Shown: positions 39,959 through 51,326, counted from the first letter of the whole stretch. The stretch is 56,279 nt of DNA, filler included, from Dugesia japonica (GCA_001938525.1; 5 parts of 5 records of this genome joined end to end with filler, not necessarily neighbours in it), one strand, 5' to 3'. Translations and numbers: made by a program. Notes: generated by a model not told the origin, from the letters alone.

Positions 39959-40542
39959 GAGAAAAAAATGACCTTTACGGGGAGAGGGGTGAGCCAGTGC
40001 GCTTCTATCTTCCTACTTTCAGATCATAGAAATAATAGAGTTAATAGATAGTTATGAGATTACCAGAATTTAATTGATTAATTATACATATTTACATCTT
40101 CTTGTAATTTTAATTTAAATCATTATCTTTTGAAATATATTCTATAAATTTATTTGCATTTTTATAATTAATTTTTAATTTAATACAATTAAAACATTTA
40201 TAAACTATTTCTAATTTATTTTCTTTTGTACTTTTGGTGTAGGTTGATTATCATAGTTTCTATTTCCTTTAGCTTAATAAAAATGAATTATCTTTTTCTG
40301 TTTCTTTTTCTTCCTTAATTTCAATATCAGTTTTCATCTTTATTATTTTATTTTTGATTTCACTAACAATTGTTTTACTAGTGTTTATCTCTTCATCTGT
40401 TAATATATTATCATTTAAACATTTTTGATGATAAAGAAATAATTTATTTTTACTAGTTTCTAATTCTTTAATTAAATCATTATATTTATTCTTTCTTCTT
40501 TTAATTAAACCTATGTTTAATAAACCATGAATAATTGAATTA

Positions 40543-42214
40543 ACGGATATTGCCAAATAGTATCCGTGATACTATTTGAATATAATCACTAAAACCTTTT
40601 GACATTTAGCGATACTTTTTGGATAGTGAAATTATTTGGTGCTTTCATTTTTCAACACGACATTTTAGATAAAAAGTAAAATCTTTATTCATAAAAGCTT
40701 ATTCATCATCATTTAAGTATTCAATGTCTTGCTCATAGTCATTTTCATCAAAAATAACCTCGTTTTTTGATTTGTCCATTTTGTTTTGAAGTAGACATGC
40801 CTCATAGAATCTTTTACCATACACATCATGTTTAGCTATATGCCAATCTTCATAGTTTGAACTAAACACAGATTATATTATTGAGTTTTGTTAAGTTTCT
40901 GTCTAACCAAAAATTGTCCTGGTGGTTTTGGATTGCCTGTTTTTGTATATTCAACATATTAATAGATTTTCCATTCATTAATGCGCAAAAATATTAAATT
41001 TTTAATGAGCGGAAAATTCCTATATCTCCTGCTTGAAGAAATGGTGTTAATCCACCTGGGATGACGATCATCTCTATCTTTCGCCCACTACAATGTTCTT
41101 TAACGTTTTGACTTATGTGTACTTGACAAGAATCCCAAACAATACGCTTACCATTGCTTAAATCAATCATAGGAAAAATATAGTCAATCCACTTTATAAT
41201 TAATTCTTGGTTAATCCAAAATTTTGACTGAGTGATGTATAACACAAGATTTTGTTTAGAAATAGTACCTCCATCCTTACCTTTATGTATTACTTGTGGC
41301 ATTGCTTTTCTACCATCTGCCCAAACATAAATTACTGCCCTAACTCTCATTAAACTAAATCCATTTGATTTCATGACGACATGATGTGCGCCGATTGAGT
41401 CAACGGTATTTGGTCTCTTTAAAATAAACTGCTGTTTCATCCATAATTAAGGTTTTTTGAATATTTAAAAACTCACAATACGTGATTTCAAATATTTCAT
41501 GTAATTAACAGCCCGTGCAATCAATTCAGTGTCGGATAACGTGGTCAAAATGGTAGTGCGTCTAAGACTAAAGCCATTTCTTTTCATGAATTCGGTAATC
41601 CAGTTTCCAGTGGCTTTTAACTCAATATTTAATTTTTTCCTAAGGCAATTGCTCTGTCATAAATATATCCTCGAGTAACTTTTATCTTTCGTATTCTGAG
41701 ATCTATGATCTCATCGTGTAAAACTTGTTCTATAGATCCTAGATTGGTATTCTTCCCTGCACCGGCTGCTTTTTTCATTGATAAAATTTGTTTGGTAAGT
41801 CTATCTCTGTTCTTAAACCACTAATGAAACATAGATTGGTCATATTTTTCTCCATTTTTTGCTCCAAAGTATTTCTTTGCGGCATATCATGTCTTGCCTT
41901 GCAACATAAACTCGATAACTTCTATTTTGAAAGCAAGTGTAAATGTTCGTTTAACCATTAAAAAATTTTAAATTTGTTATTTATTAATTTTTAGTAAAAC
42001 AAGAAAGAAGAAATATCGTTTATTTAATTTGCTTATAAACGAAGCAGTATCAAATATGATTTGTGTCGGGAATAAAATTTTGAGTTATTTGAGTAGTGAT
42101 ATTTTTTGAGTAATGATAATATTTAAATAGTATCACCAACCTACTGCCACTTTTAGGGATATTATTTAGGCAGTGATATTATTTAGGTCAGTGATACTGT
42201 TTGGCGATATCCGT
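40543..42214 (-). mobile_element. pogo-superfamily DD35D transposon (Passer/POGK-like), full length
   Basis: TIRs acggatat(t/c)gccaaa(t/c)agtatc, TA duplicated at 40541-40542 and 42215-42216, and subterminal gtgata(c/t)tattt repeats. Confidence 0.92.
40699..41958 (-). pseudogene. pogo transposase (Brinker-type HTH, CENP-B HTH, DDE_1)
   Basis: MVKRTFTLAFKIEVI, GFSLRRTT, MDETAVYF, VWDS-35aa-D in IPGGLTPFLQAGD; stops and frameshifts. Confidence 0.9.
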
Positions 42215-42551
42215 TAGTTAAAGGAAATGTGCAAGTATAATAACAGGTAATGTTAAAATAACTATACCACTTGTAGCTAAAACGGTTATTGTTATACCTG
42301 CTGCACCAAATAAACTTCCTAATAGAATATCGGTATATCTTACACCTGCATCAAACATTTTTCATCTTCTATATAATTTATTATAATGATTTATTTTATC
42401 TGTTAAGAATGTTAAATCATTTTCAAAATCTTTAATTCTTAATGTTTTTAGTTTGTTCTTATAATCAGCTAAAGATGCTGATCTGGTTGATCTAAAATCT
42501 TTATCTTCTTCATTTATATCAGGATAAATACGATCATATTCTTTCTCCATT

Positions 42552-43871
42552 TTAATTATAATATTTTTAATAAAACTTTGATTTTATAATTGTTTCATTA
42601 TTATTATTATTAACATCATGAGTTACTCTTGTTTGTGTACTATAAAGGGAAGAAAATTGTTGAAACATACCACTTGTTTGCTACCACTAGTTTCATAGCA
42701 TAAACATTCTTAAATAAATCCTCTTGTATTTTTATCTCCTATAACTAGTTTGCCAAATTCAAAATCTATTTTTATAGTAATGTATTGTTTATTTTGATAA
42801 TTATTTTGATTAAGAATAATTTGATTTCCTTTCTTTTCAATATATAATAAATTAGGATGAGGTTTAGGATGATTAGTCATTAAACTTGAATCTAAATTTA
42901 CTTTTTGATCATATAATTCTTCGTTTTTTAATTGCACATAATTTTTATATCCTTTATATTCTCCTATTATATTTTTATTTAATTCACCTCCTTTAATAAA
43001 CGCACCTTTTGAATCAGAATAACTCTCTCTATTTAAAAGAAAAATAAAAACAAAGTCTTTTTTAAATTCATATTTAGAAATAAATTGATCTTCTTTATTT
43101 AAATAAAAACATTTATTACGACTATAAGAAGAGTTATTTCTTAATGACATATTTCTCAATCTTAAATCAGGTTTTTCTCTTATAGTTAAACACCCACTAC
43201 TTAAATCTTCAAAATAAAAATAATTACTTATCTTATCTAAACCAAAAGTAAAATTAGATGATAACCAAAACTCAATTTTTAAATTATGATCTTTTTCATA
43301 TCTTTTTATATTATTAATTAATAATAAATATTATTAATGATAATAAATGATCATTAAAAGTATTAATATATAAATGTTTAAAAAAAGTTAATCATAAATC
43401 ATAATCATTATTTAATTTATTAGCAATCATTGTTTCCTTATCCTGTTTAAAAGAATTAAATGTAATTTGGTTAACTTTATCATTCGATTTTAACTCGACA
43501 TCTTTAACACTATCTTTTAAAGATTTTATTTTTTTATCCTGGTCTTGTTTAAAAGAATTAGATATAGCTTAATTAACATTATCATTCGATTCTAACTCGA
43601 TTTGATTTATTATATCTTTTTACGATTTTACTTCTTTATCTATTAGATTTTTAATTTCTTTATCTAATTTAGTTTTAAATTTTAATATTTTAAATTCAAT
43701 CCTTTAATTCACTCTAGTAATAAATGTATCTATTCTAAACTGTTTTTTATTATGTGTATTACGAAGAAGATCCTTTTTAATTTGATCAGTATATTTCTTT
43801 AAATATTTATTATTTACAACATCATTATCAGTTTTAGGTTCTAGAATAACTTCTAGTTTTTCTATTTTATT
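42552..43871 (-). pseudogene. Fibre-like protein of Polinton A: stalk motif, coiled-coil repeats, LamG/ConA-like head
   Basis: KIEKLEVILEPKTDNDVVNNKYLK matches B's KITSLKIIEEPKELNDAVNLKYIK; about 105-bp internal repeat at 43440-43600; C-terminal FWLSS..EDLSSG..FVFIFLL..LVIG..RGFI*ECLCY. Confidence 0.6.
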
Positions 43872-43874
43872 TTA

Positions 43875-44581
43875 TTAAACCTGTTTAAAAAATACACTAA
43901 TAGTTTACCCATTAATTTATATTAAAATATTATATTCATCAACAACAGAAATCTTTATTGATTCAATTACCTTTTTAGTTACAGGAGTATAAATAGGATT
44001 AGACATTCTTTCAACAAGTTTAAAACCAAAAGGTAGTGTTTATAGGAAAAGAATAAAACATTTTCTTCTTTTCCGTTAACATAACTACCTTTAATTAAAT
44101 CGCAAGTAATATTTATCGTTGTAATATTTATTATTTGAATATTATTAATACTTGTATATTTTTCTTCTTTATTATAAATACCTGGATTAAATCCTAGAAT
44201 TGTATGAAAGAAAGATGTGTTTTCAATAAGTAATGTTGGTTCTTTTGGAATAGTTAATTCCCATTTAAATGTAGATAAATCAACTTTAATTTCTATTTTA
44301 AATATTTTAAGCTTTTCATTTAATTCTTTAATTTCATAGGCGCCAGTAGTAATCACATTTACTTTATCATTTAATTTAAATTTATTATTTGAATTATTAA
44401 TATTAAAAATAGTATTATAACAACTAAACCATAATAATCATAATTCCTAATTAAAGTCTTTATTTAATTCTATAGGTGTAGGAAAATCAATTTTAAATTC
44501 TGATGTTTTTGATTGTGCTGATATAGTTGTTGAGAATTTAAAACTCATTAAATTAATTAGCTTTTCCATTTCCTTTTCCAT
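43875..44581 (-). pseudogene. Minor capsid protein (penton) of Polinton A
   Basis: IDFPTPIEL..YNTIFNINNSNNKF..GAYEIKELN..ILGF..INITCDLIKGSYVNG..GFKLVE..NPIYTPV..I.VVDE; frameshifted. Confidence 0.9.
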
Positions 44582-45442
44582 TTTATTATTTTATTTTCTT
44601 TATAAGATGATTATACTTATCTGTTGAAATCAAATGATTAGTTCTTAATTTACTAAGAATACTTTTAATTTGTTGATGGACATTTTTATGTCCAGCTTTC
44701 TGTGCAGCAAATAATTAATTTAATTTAATAAATAGATTGATAAGAATATCGTCATCATCTTCATCACCACTTAATTAGTTAAGAAGACCTATTATTCCAG
44801 TTCCTCTTCCTCCTTGAATTATTGGTCCGTCATTAGTCGAAGCATAATGTTTTAAACTTTTTATATAAATACTTGCTGTAGATGATTTACATAAAGATAA
44901 TAAATTTAAATACTTTTTAATTTCATCTTTATTACTTGAGTTTTTACCTAAAATAAAATTGTCTAATTCATTTGTAAATTGAATTTCTAAATTATGTGCT
45001 ATAGAATATAAATATGAGGTTCCATTTATTTTATAACGCATAAAGGAATGGTCATTAATAGTTATAATTCTATATTCTAAATTATTTATTTTTTCTATTT
45101 TAAATATATGACAAATCGTTTTCGTTATTGAATTAGTAATATCTTTATTTATATCAATTGGTTCATAATTATCAAAATCAATTAATAGTGTTTGTTGCTG
45201 TTGATCTTCCGTTTTAATCCTTAATAGCTGGTTTAGTTTGTTTAGTATTTTCAATTGAAGCTAGTTGTGTTATTAATAATGTTTTATCTATTCTTTAATA
45301 ATGCTTTTAATGTAGGTGTTTGCTGTTGAGTCAAAACAACATTTAAAATTGTTGATTCTGTTTTTTCAGATAATTCTTTATTATTATATTTATTTTGTTC
45401 TTTGATTAATTGTTTTAGTAAAGTAATTCTATCTTCATACAT
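44557..45442 (-). pseudogene. Conserved Polinton ORF upstream of the penton
   Basis: GGRGTG followed by C-terminal AAQKAGHKN...QIKSILSKLR, homologous to ISAAKFGHNN..EIKSV at about 51190-51250. Confidence 0.7.
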
Positions 45443-45460
45443 TTTTAAATATATATTAAT

Positions 45461-46005
45461 TTAATATGGTCTCGTGTATTTTCCTAAACCGTGATTTGAT
45501 TCATTTATTTTAACAATACTACTTAATTTTAATTTTTTAATTGTTTTATTTATTACTAAATCAGGTAAGTTTGATTGATTAATTAAATTATTTATAAAAT
45601 ATATACACCTTTTCCTTGAAAGGGATTTAAATAAATTCCGTTACCTTTATAACTTTCAACAATACCTTTTCCTTTAAATGGTTGTATAGTTTTATTTCCT
45701 GCTTTTTTTAATTGTCTTATTTTTTCTTCCACCTTTTGTCTTTCTACACCTAACTTTGAAGCTTCTCTTGCTTTAGAAACAGTTGTTTCTACTCCTCTAA
45801 CATATCAAGCAGCACCAGATAATCCAGCGATTATTGCAGGAATTAATGTTAATAATGGTAATATTCCTTTTTCTTTAGTTTCTTCATTTTTAATAGCTTC
45901 TTTAACCTTTTTATCAATTCAATATTTTTTATTATCTATTAATACAGATTTTGATTTATTAGAAACTATTAATTCTTTTAATTCAGTTTCAGTTATATTA
46001 GTCAT
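45461..46005 (-). pseudogene. Adenovirus pX-like core/membrane-active precursor
   Basis: KGILPLLTLIPAIIAGLSGAA hydrophobic motif followed by repeated KGKGI / KGNGIYLNPF / QGKGVY / HGLGKYTRPY; several stops. Confidence 0.65.
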
Positions 46006-46024
46006 TATTTTTCAAAATTATAAA

Positions 46025-46149
46025 ATGACTGCAGATTTACCGATTTGGAACAAAAATAAAACATTATTTAATAAAAAAATTTTACCAAATAATTTTAGAT
46101 TATTAATCATTGGTTCTTCTGGTTGTGGAAAGAATGTATTATTAATGAA
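46025..46149 (+). CDS. A32/FtsK-like packaging ATPase, N-terminus (truncated by spacer)
   Basis: MTADLPIW...LPNNFRLLIIGSSGCGK Walker A in Polinton ATPase context. Confidence 0.85.
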
Positions 46150-46249
46150 NNNNNNNNNNNNNNNNNNNNNNNNNNNNNNNNNNNNNNNNNNNNTTAATTA
46201 ATTAANNNNNNNNNNNNNNNNNNNNNNNNNNNNNNNNNNNNNNNNNNNN
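46150..46249. other. Artificial contig-join spacer
   Basis: N44-TTAATTAATTAA-N44. Confidence 0.95.
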
Positions 46250-47020
46250 ATTTATATTTATATTTATAATTGCATTGTTTTAAAATTATAATTTATAAAA
46301 ATTGTTTCAGACAAATCTGTGTCCATCTATATTTACTGTTTATAAACTAGCATATAGAACCCAATACGTATTTCATTTCATAAAATAAATTCAAAGTGAC
46401 TACGTGTAAATCTGCTGATTAAGAATCGGGTTATGTAACCCAATTTATAAAGCCTTACGCACAATTCTTTTAAAACATTATCAAAATCACTATTTAAAAC
46501 TGAAAACTCATTATTACATATTACAAACTTTTTCATCTCAATGCCAAATTCTTACTGACACGTGTGCGTTGATGATTTTTGAATCTCCAATGTACACGAC
46601 ATCTTATCCGTTACAATTAAATTGATAAGTTAAGTTAATGAGAATAGCCTGAAGTGTTAAAGGTTTTTTGCTTAAATAGCTGGAAGAATTTTGTATTTTT
46701 GATATTTGAGAGTTTCTCTCAAAAATTATTTAATTAATTTAAACAAAATAATTTAAATAATTGAAACACATCCCACTTATATTAGGGCTTAAACTAAAAA
46801 AAATTATAAACTGTCTACTTTTTTAAAGAAGAACGTATATTCTAAAAATTGAACACTTGTGTATATTGAACATTTTTATCCGTACACATGGATGTTTAAA
46901 TTAGACAGGCTTTATGTGTGTGTGTGTTTTGTGCATTATGTTATTAAACAAATATTTTAATATGTTTTATAAGTATATATATAATGATGCTAATCCACTC
47001 AGGGTTATGAATTTTTAATA

Positions 47021-47192
47021 TGTCAAATGTCAAATGTCAAATGTTTTATGTCAAAGGTTTTATGTCAAATGTCAAATATCAAATGTTTTATGTCAAATGT
47101 CAAATGTTAAATGTCAACTGAAAATATGCCAATGGAAAACATCTCAACTGAAAATATGTCAACGGAAAATATGCCAACGGAAAACATCTCAA
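47021..47192. repeat. (TGTCAAA)n array followed by five 15-bp repeats upstream of pPolB
   Basis: tgtcaaa runs at 47021-47117; (g/c)(t/c)caa(c/t)(t/g)gaaaa(t/c)at units at 47113-47187. Confidence 0.85.
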
Positions 47193-47282
47193 AATGTATA
47201 ATAATTTAAGAGGAAAAAATTAAGAGGAAAGTAATATCTATGATTAAAATTTTAATAATAAAAAAAGAAGAAAAAATATAAA

Positions 47283-50200
47283 ATGTCTACATTAAGTTGT
47301 TCTAATTGTGGTAAAATATTTTAAAATAAACGAGGTTTAAATTCTCATATAGAATCTAAAAAATGTCAAGTTATAAATCCAAATGAATATATCAAATGTC
47401 AAATTTGTCATAAAACATTTAAAACCCAACAANNNNNNNNNNNNNNNNNNNNNNNNNNNNNNNNNNNNNNNNNNNNNNNNNNNNNNNNNNNNNNNNNNNN
47501 NNNNNNNNNNNNNNNNNNNNNNNNNNNNNNNNNNNNNNNNNNNNNNNNNNNNNNNNNNNNNNNNNNNNNNNNAAAAGAAAACCAAGACATATTAAAGAAG
47601 TTTTTAATGAAGAAACATATCCAGATTATTATATTGATATTTTATTAAATAGTAGATTAATAATGGTAAAAGATATCGAAGAATTAAGATTAACTTCAAC
47701 TGAATTAATTAGACTAGAAATAGAAGATATTGTTAGAAAGTTTTTTACGTTAGGATATAAATTTCATATGAGAATGGGAGTTAGTTGTGAATATAACAAA
47801 GAAGATAAAACAGCTGTGTTTTATTCTTACACTCAAAATAGAAAAGTTTATACAAAAGCATCAATAGTTAAAAAAATACATCAAATGTTTGAACAGTTAG
47901 AAAATTTTATGCGAAATAAATATCTAAATGAATCTAATTGGAATTTAAGTCATATAATTGATTTTAGATTAGAATTAAAAAAATATCATTCATTAATTGC
48001 AGCTGCTTTTACTTATTGTGAATTACCAGATATCATAACAAAAAATAAAAATGGAATTATTAATATTATAAACTTTGATGATAAATGTTTATTATATTCA
48101 ATTCTCGCACATAAATATGTTTTACCAAATGCAAGAAGAGTAACTAATTATATTCCACATTTAAAAGAATTAAAAACTGAAGGAATGAATTTTACAGCAG
48201 CAATTGAAGATATAAAGAAATTTGAAAAGTTAAATAATTTTTAAATAAATGTTTTTGAATTAAATGGAAAATTAATTACACCAATTCGTATTAAACATTA
48301 TGATGTAAAACCAAATCCGGAAGAAAATAAATGTAATTTATTAATTTATAAAAGTCATTATATTTTAGTTAGAAATGTACATGCTTTATTTGATGTTAAA
48401 AAAGATGATTATTTATGTCTCGGTTGTATAAATCAATATTCATCTAAAGAAGTTTTATTTAAACATCAAGAAGAATGCATTCATCATAAAACAACATCTG
48501 TTAAATTTCCTATTCAAGAACACTTTGAATTTCAAAATTATTATTTTAAAAATAAAATTCCATTTGTAATGTATTGTGATTTTGAATGTTACACAAATGA
48601 AAATAATATTCAAAAACCAATAAGTTTAGGAATATATTTTTAATCAGATTATCCAGATTTAATAGAAAGTGATTATTATTATTCCACAGGTGAAAATGTA
48701 GTTAATGAATTTATAGAATTTCTTGATGATATTAATAATAAATTTAAAGAGTTAAAAAAAGATTTCACAGGAACATGTCCAGCATTTATCAAAAACACAA
48801 AATGTTATTATTGTGAAAAACAAATCTTTAAAGATCCAATTAAAGATTATAATTATTTCACAGGTGAATTTCGAGGTTATACACATTCAAAATGCAAACA
48901 ATTAAAAAAAGAAAATTTATTTATACCATGTTACTTTCACAATGCAATGGGATATGACAATCATTTATTTTTTAGACAACTTTTATATAATAATCCAAAA
49001 AAAATAAAAAATATAATTCCACATTTTGATGATCAATATATTTCATTTCACTATGGAAATATTAGATTTCTAGATTCTTTAAAAATATGTAAAACAACAG
49101 TTGAGAAAATGGGAAAAACACTAGCTAAATCAGGAAATCATGAAATATTAACATCTTATCATTTAAAACCTAAAAAAGCAAGTTTTCCATATGACTATGT
49201 AAAAGCAAATAATGTCACAGAAGTTGTTAAATTATTAAAATCAATGAAGTCGCCAACTAAAGATGATTTCTTTAGCATACTAAGACAAAAAGGAATATCT
49301 GACAATGATTATCAACAATTTTTAGATGAATTTCATAAATTTGGAAATCTTTGGAAATACATGTTACATTATATGAAATTAGATGTTTTAATTCTAGCAG
49401 ATTACGTAGAAAANNNNNNNNNNNNNNNNNNNNNNNNNNNNNNNNNNNNNNNNNNNNNNNNNNNNNNNGCATCAGGTTTAACATGGCAAGCTGGAATGAG
49501 ATTTACAAAAGTAAAACTTAAATTTGCAAAATCAGAAACTTATGATACTTTTCAAAACTTTGAACGTGGAGTTAGAGGTGGATATTCTGGAGAAGAAGGT
49601 GAAAGACAAGTTTTTAGTTATAAATCTTCAGAACCTTACAGAGAAATAAATAAAGCACAATTTGAAGATCTCATAAAAATAATGAATTCTAACCAAGAAA
49701 TTCCAAGTTATTATTTTCAAGACACTCACATAAAATATCTTGATGCAAATTCTTTATATGCAAGTTTCATGACAAAACCATTACCAACAGGTGAATTTAT
49801 TGAGTGCAACGAAGCGGGTTCCTCAGTGAGGAAATGAATTATTTATATGAAGTCGATCTTGATTATCCAAGAGAAATTCATGATAGAACTAAATATTTTC
49901 CATTAGCACCTGACAGAATACTTATTACAAATGACATGTTAAGTAATTATCAAAANTCATTTAATGTAAATCCAACAGATAAAAATATTAAACTTACAAT
50001 GAATCAATTTGATAAAAAGAATTATATAATTCTAGGTTCAACGTTAGATTTATATATTTCTTTAGGAATGCAAATAAAAAAGATACACTGTAAATATAAA
50101 ATACCAACATCAACATGGTTAAAAGATTATATACTTTTTAATATCGATCAAAGAAATATAGCAAAAAGAAATAATGATGAATTTGGCGTATCTTTCTTTA

Positions 50201-50660
50201 AAGATATGAATAATTCATTTTATGGTAAAACACTCGAAAATATCAGAAACAGATGCAACATTCAAATTGTAGGAACTGATAAAGCATACCAAAATCTTAC
50301 ATCAAAATTAACATATTTAAGTTGTAAAAGTTTTAAATTAGATCCTAGAATTTCATCTTTTATTGGAGCAGTTCATTTAATGAAAACAAATTTAAATTAT
50401 AGTAAATGTCCATATTTAGGTTTCACAATTCTTGAATATGCGATAGAAGTAATGTACAATTTTGTATATAACCAATTAGAACCAGCAGTTGGACAAGAAA
50501 ATTATAAAATTCATTACAGTGACACGGAATCCGTCTTTGTAAAGATAACTGGAAAGGATAATTTAGAAAAATTAAATAGAATAACTGGAAATGATTTATT
50601 TCAGATGAAAGATGAAATGCCTAATTCTGAAATTCTTAAATGTGCATTTATAAAACCAAA
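47283..50660 (+). pseudogene. Protein-primed family B DNA polymerase (group 2 Polinton type)
   Basis: N-terminal CxxC zinc fingers, DDKCLLYSILAH, ExoI YCDFEC, ExoII HNAMGYD, RFLDS, ExoIII YMKLDV, GVRGG, YLDANSLY, KDMNNSFYGK, YSDTES. Several in-frame stops, a frameshift near 49830, and the C-terminus is missing. Confidence 0.95.
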
Positions 50661-51288
50661 ATTGAAATATTTAAGAAAGAAGATGTACAACCAATTACTT
50701 TTACTAATCATTTTAAAATTAATAAAGATGCATTAACAGAATTAACAACACCAAAAATTTATTATACAACTATTAATATGAAAGAAGAACCTGATAAAAA
50801 TTTCTTAACAATAAAATTTCCTAAAAATGATAATGAGATATTTTTTTATAAAAGGGGAAATTTTAGTTATATTGATGAANNNNNNNNNNNNNNNNNNNNN
50901 NNNNNNNNNNNNNNNNNNNNNNNNNNNNNNNNNNNNNNNNNNNNNNNNNNNNNNNNNNNNNNNNNNNNNNNNNNNNNNNNNNNNNNNNNNNNNNNNNNNN
51001 NNNNNNNATTTATATTGTAATTATTTAAGAAATATAAAAAACCAAAAACCAAGAGGTAGACAAAAAAGTTTAGAACCAAAATCCATAAAGGTACAACCCA
51101 TAAAGGCAACAAAACCTACAGAGAAAGAAAAAGGAATCCATGAAGGCAGAAAGGAAGGAAATCCATTAGCTTTATTTGAAAATTTAACATTATTAATTTC
51201 AGCAGCAAAATTTGGACATAATAATTTATCTAAAGAAATTAAATCCGTATGTAAAAATCAAAATCTCAAGGTTTATTATCCAACATGA
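50660..51288 (+). pseudogene. 3' part of the conserved Polinton ORF upstream of the penton
   Basis: NPLALFENLTLLISAAKFGHNNLSKEIKSV; homolog of 44557-45442; 5' end lost. Confidence 0.65.
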
Positions 51289-51326
51289 TTTATAAAAAAT
51301 ATAAATCTAAATTTTTTCTTTAGAAA

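Larger units (their letters stand above)
40269..42550 (-). pseudogene. Polinton coiled-coil/hydrophobic-hairpin protein, split by a pogo insertion (homolog of 55313-55906)
   Basis: 5' part IYPD...KNKLKTLRIKDFENDL...FDAGVRYTDILLG... and 3' part KNKLFLYHQKCLNDNILTDEE align with the ORF at 55313; one stop and one frameshift. Confidence 0.9.
39556..46149 (-). mobile_element. Polinton/Maverick A (partial, decayed; structural arm and one probable terminus)
   Basis: AGTAGT candidate terminus at 39556, TIR-type repeats, and genes for TM protein, fibre-like protein, penton, conserved ORF, pX-like protein and ATPase start; cut by the spacer. Confidence 0.9.

Noticed and set aside
38000-46005. TGA reassigned to Trp in the Polintons (YRR* aligns with EKRW)
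   Set aside because: Other TGAs fall at probable Arg or Gly positions, TAA stops and frameshifts are equally common, and TGG is used normally; this is ordinary decay.
11332-46205. Recurrent TTAATTAATTAA palindrome as a biological motif
   Set aside because: It is always centred in exactly 100-nt N spacers, so it is an assembly linker.
39797-47192. CRISPR-like arrays at 39797-39958 and 47021-47192
   Set aside because: These are tandem repeats without unique spacers, there are no cas genes, and the context is eukaryotic.
659-47595. Many ORF-track entries made largely of X
   Set aside because: They are open only because N runs contain no stops; there is no coding evidence.
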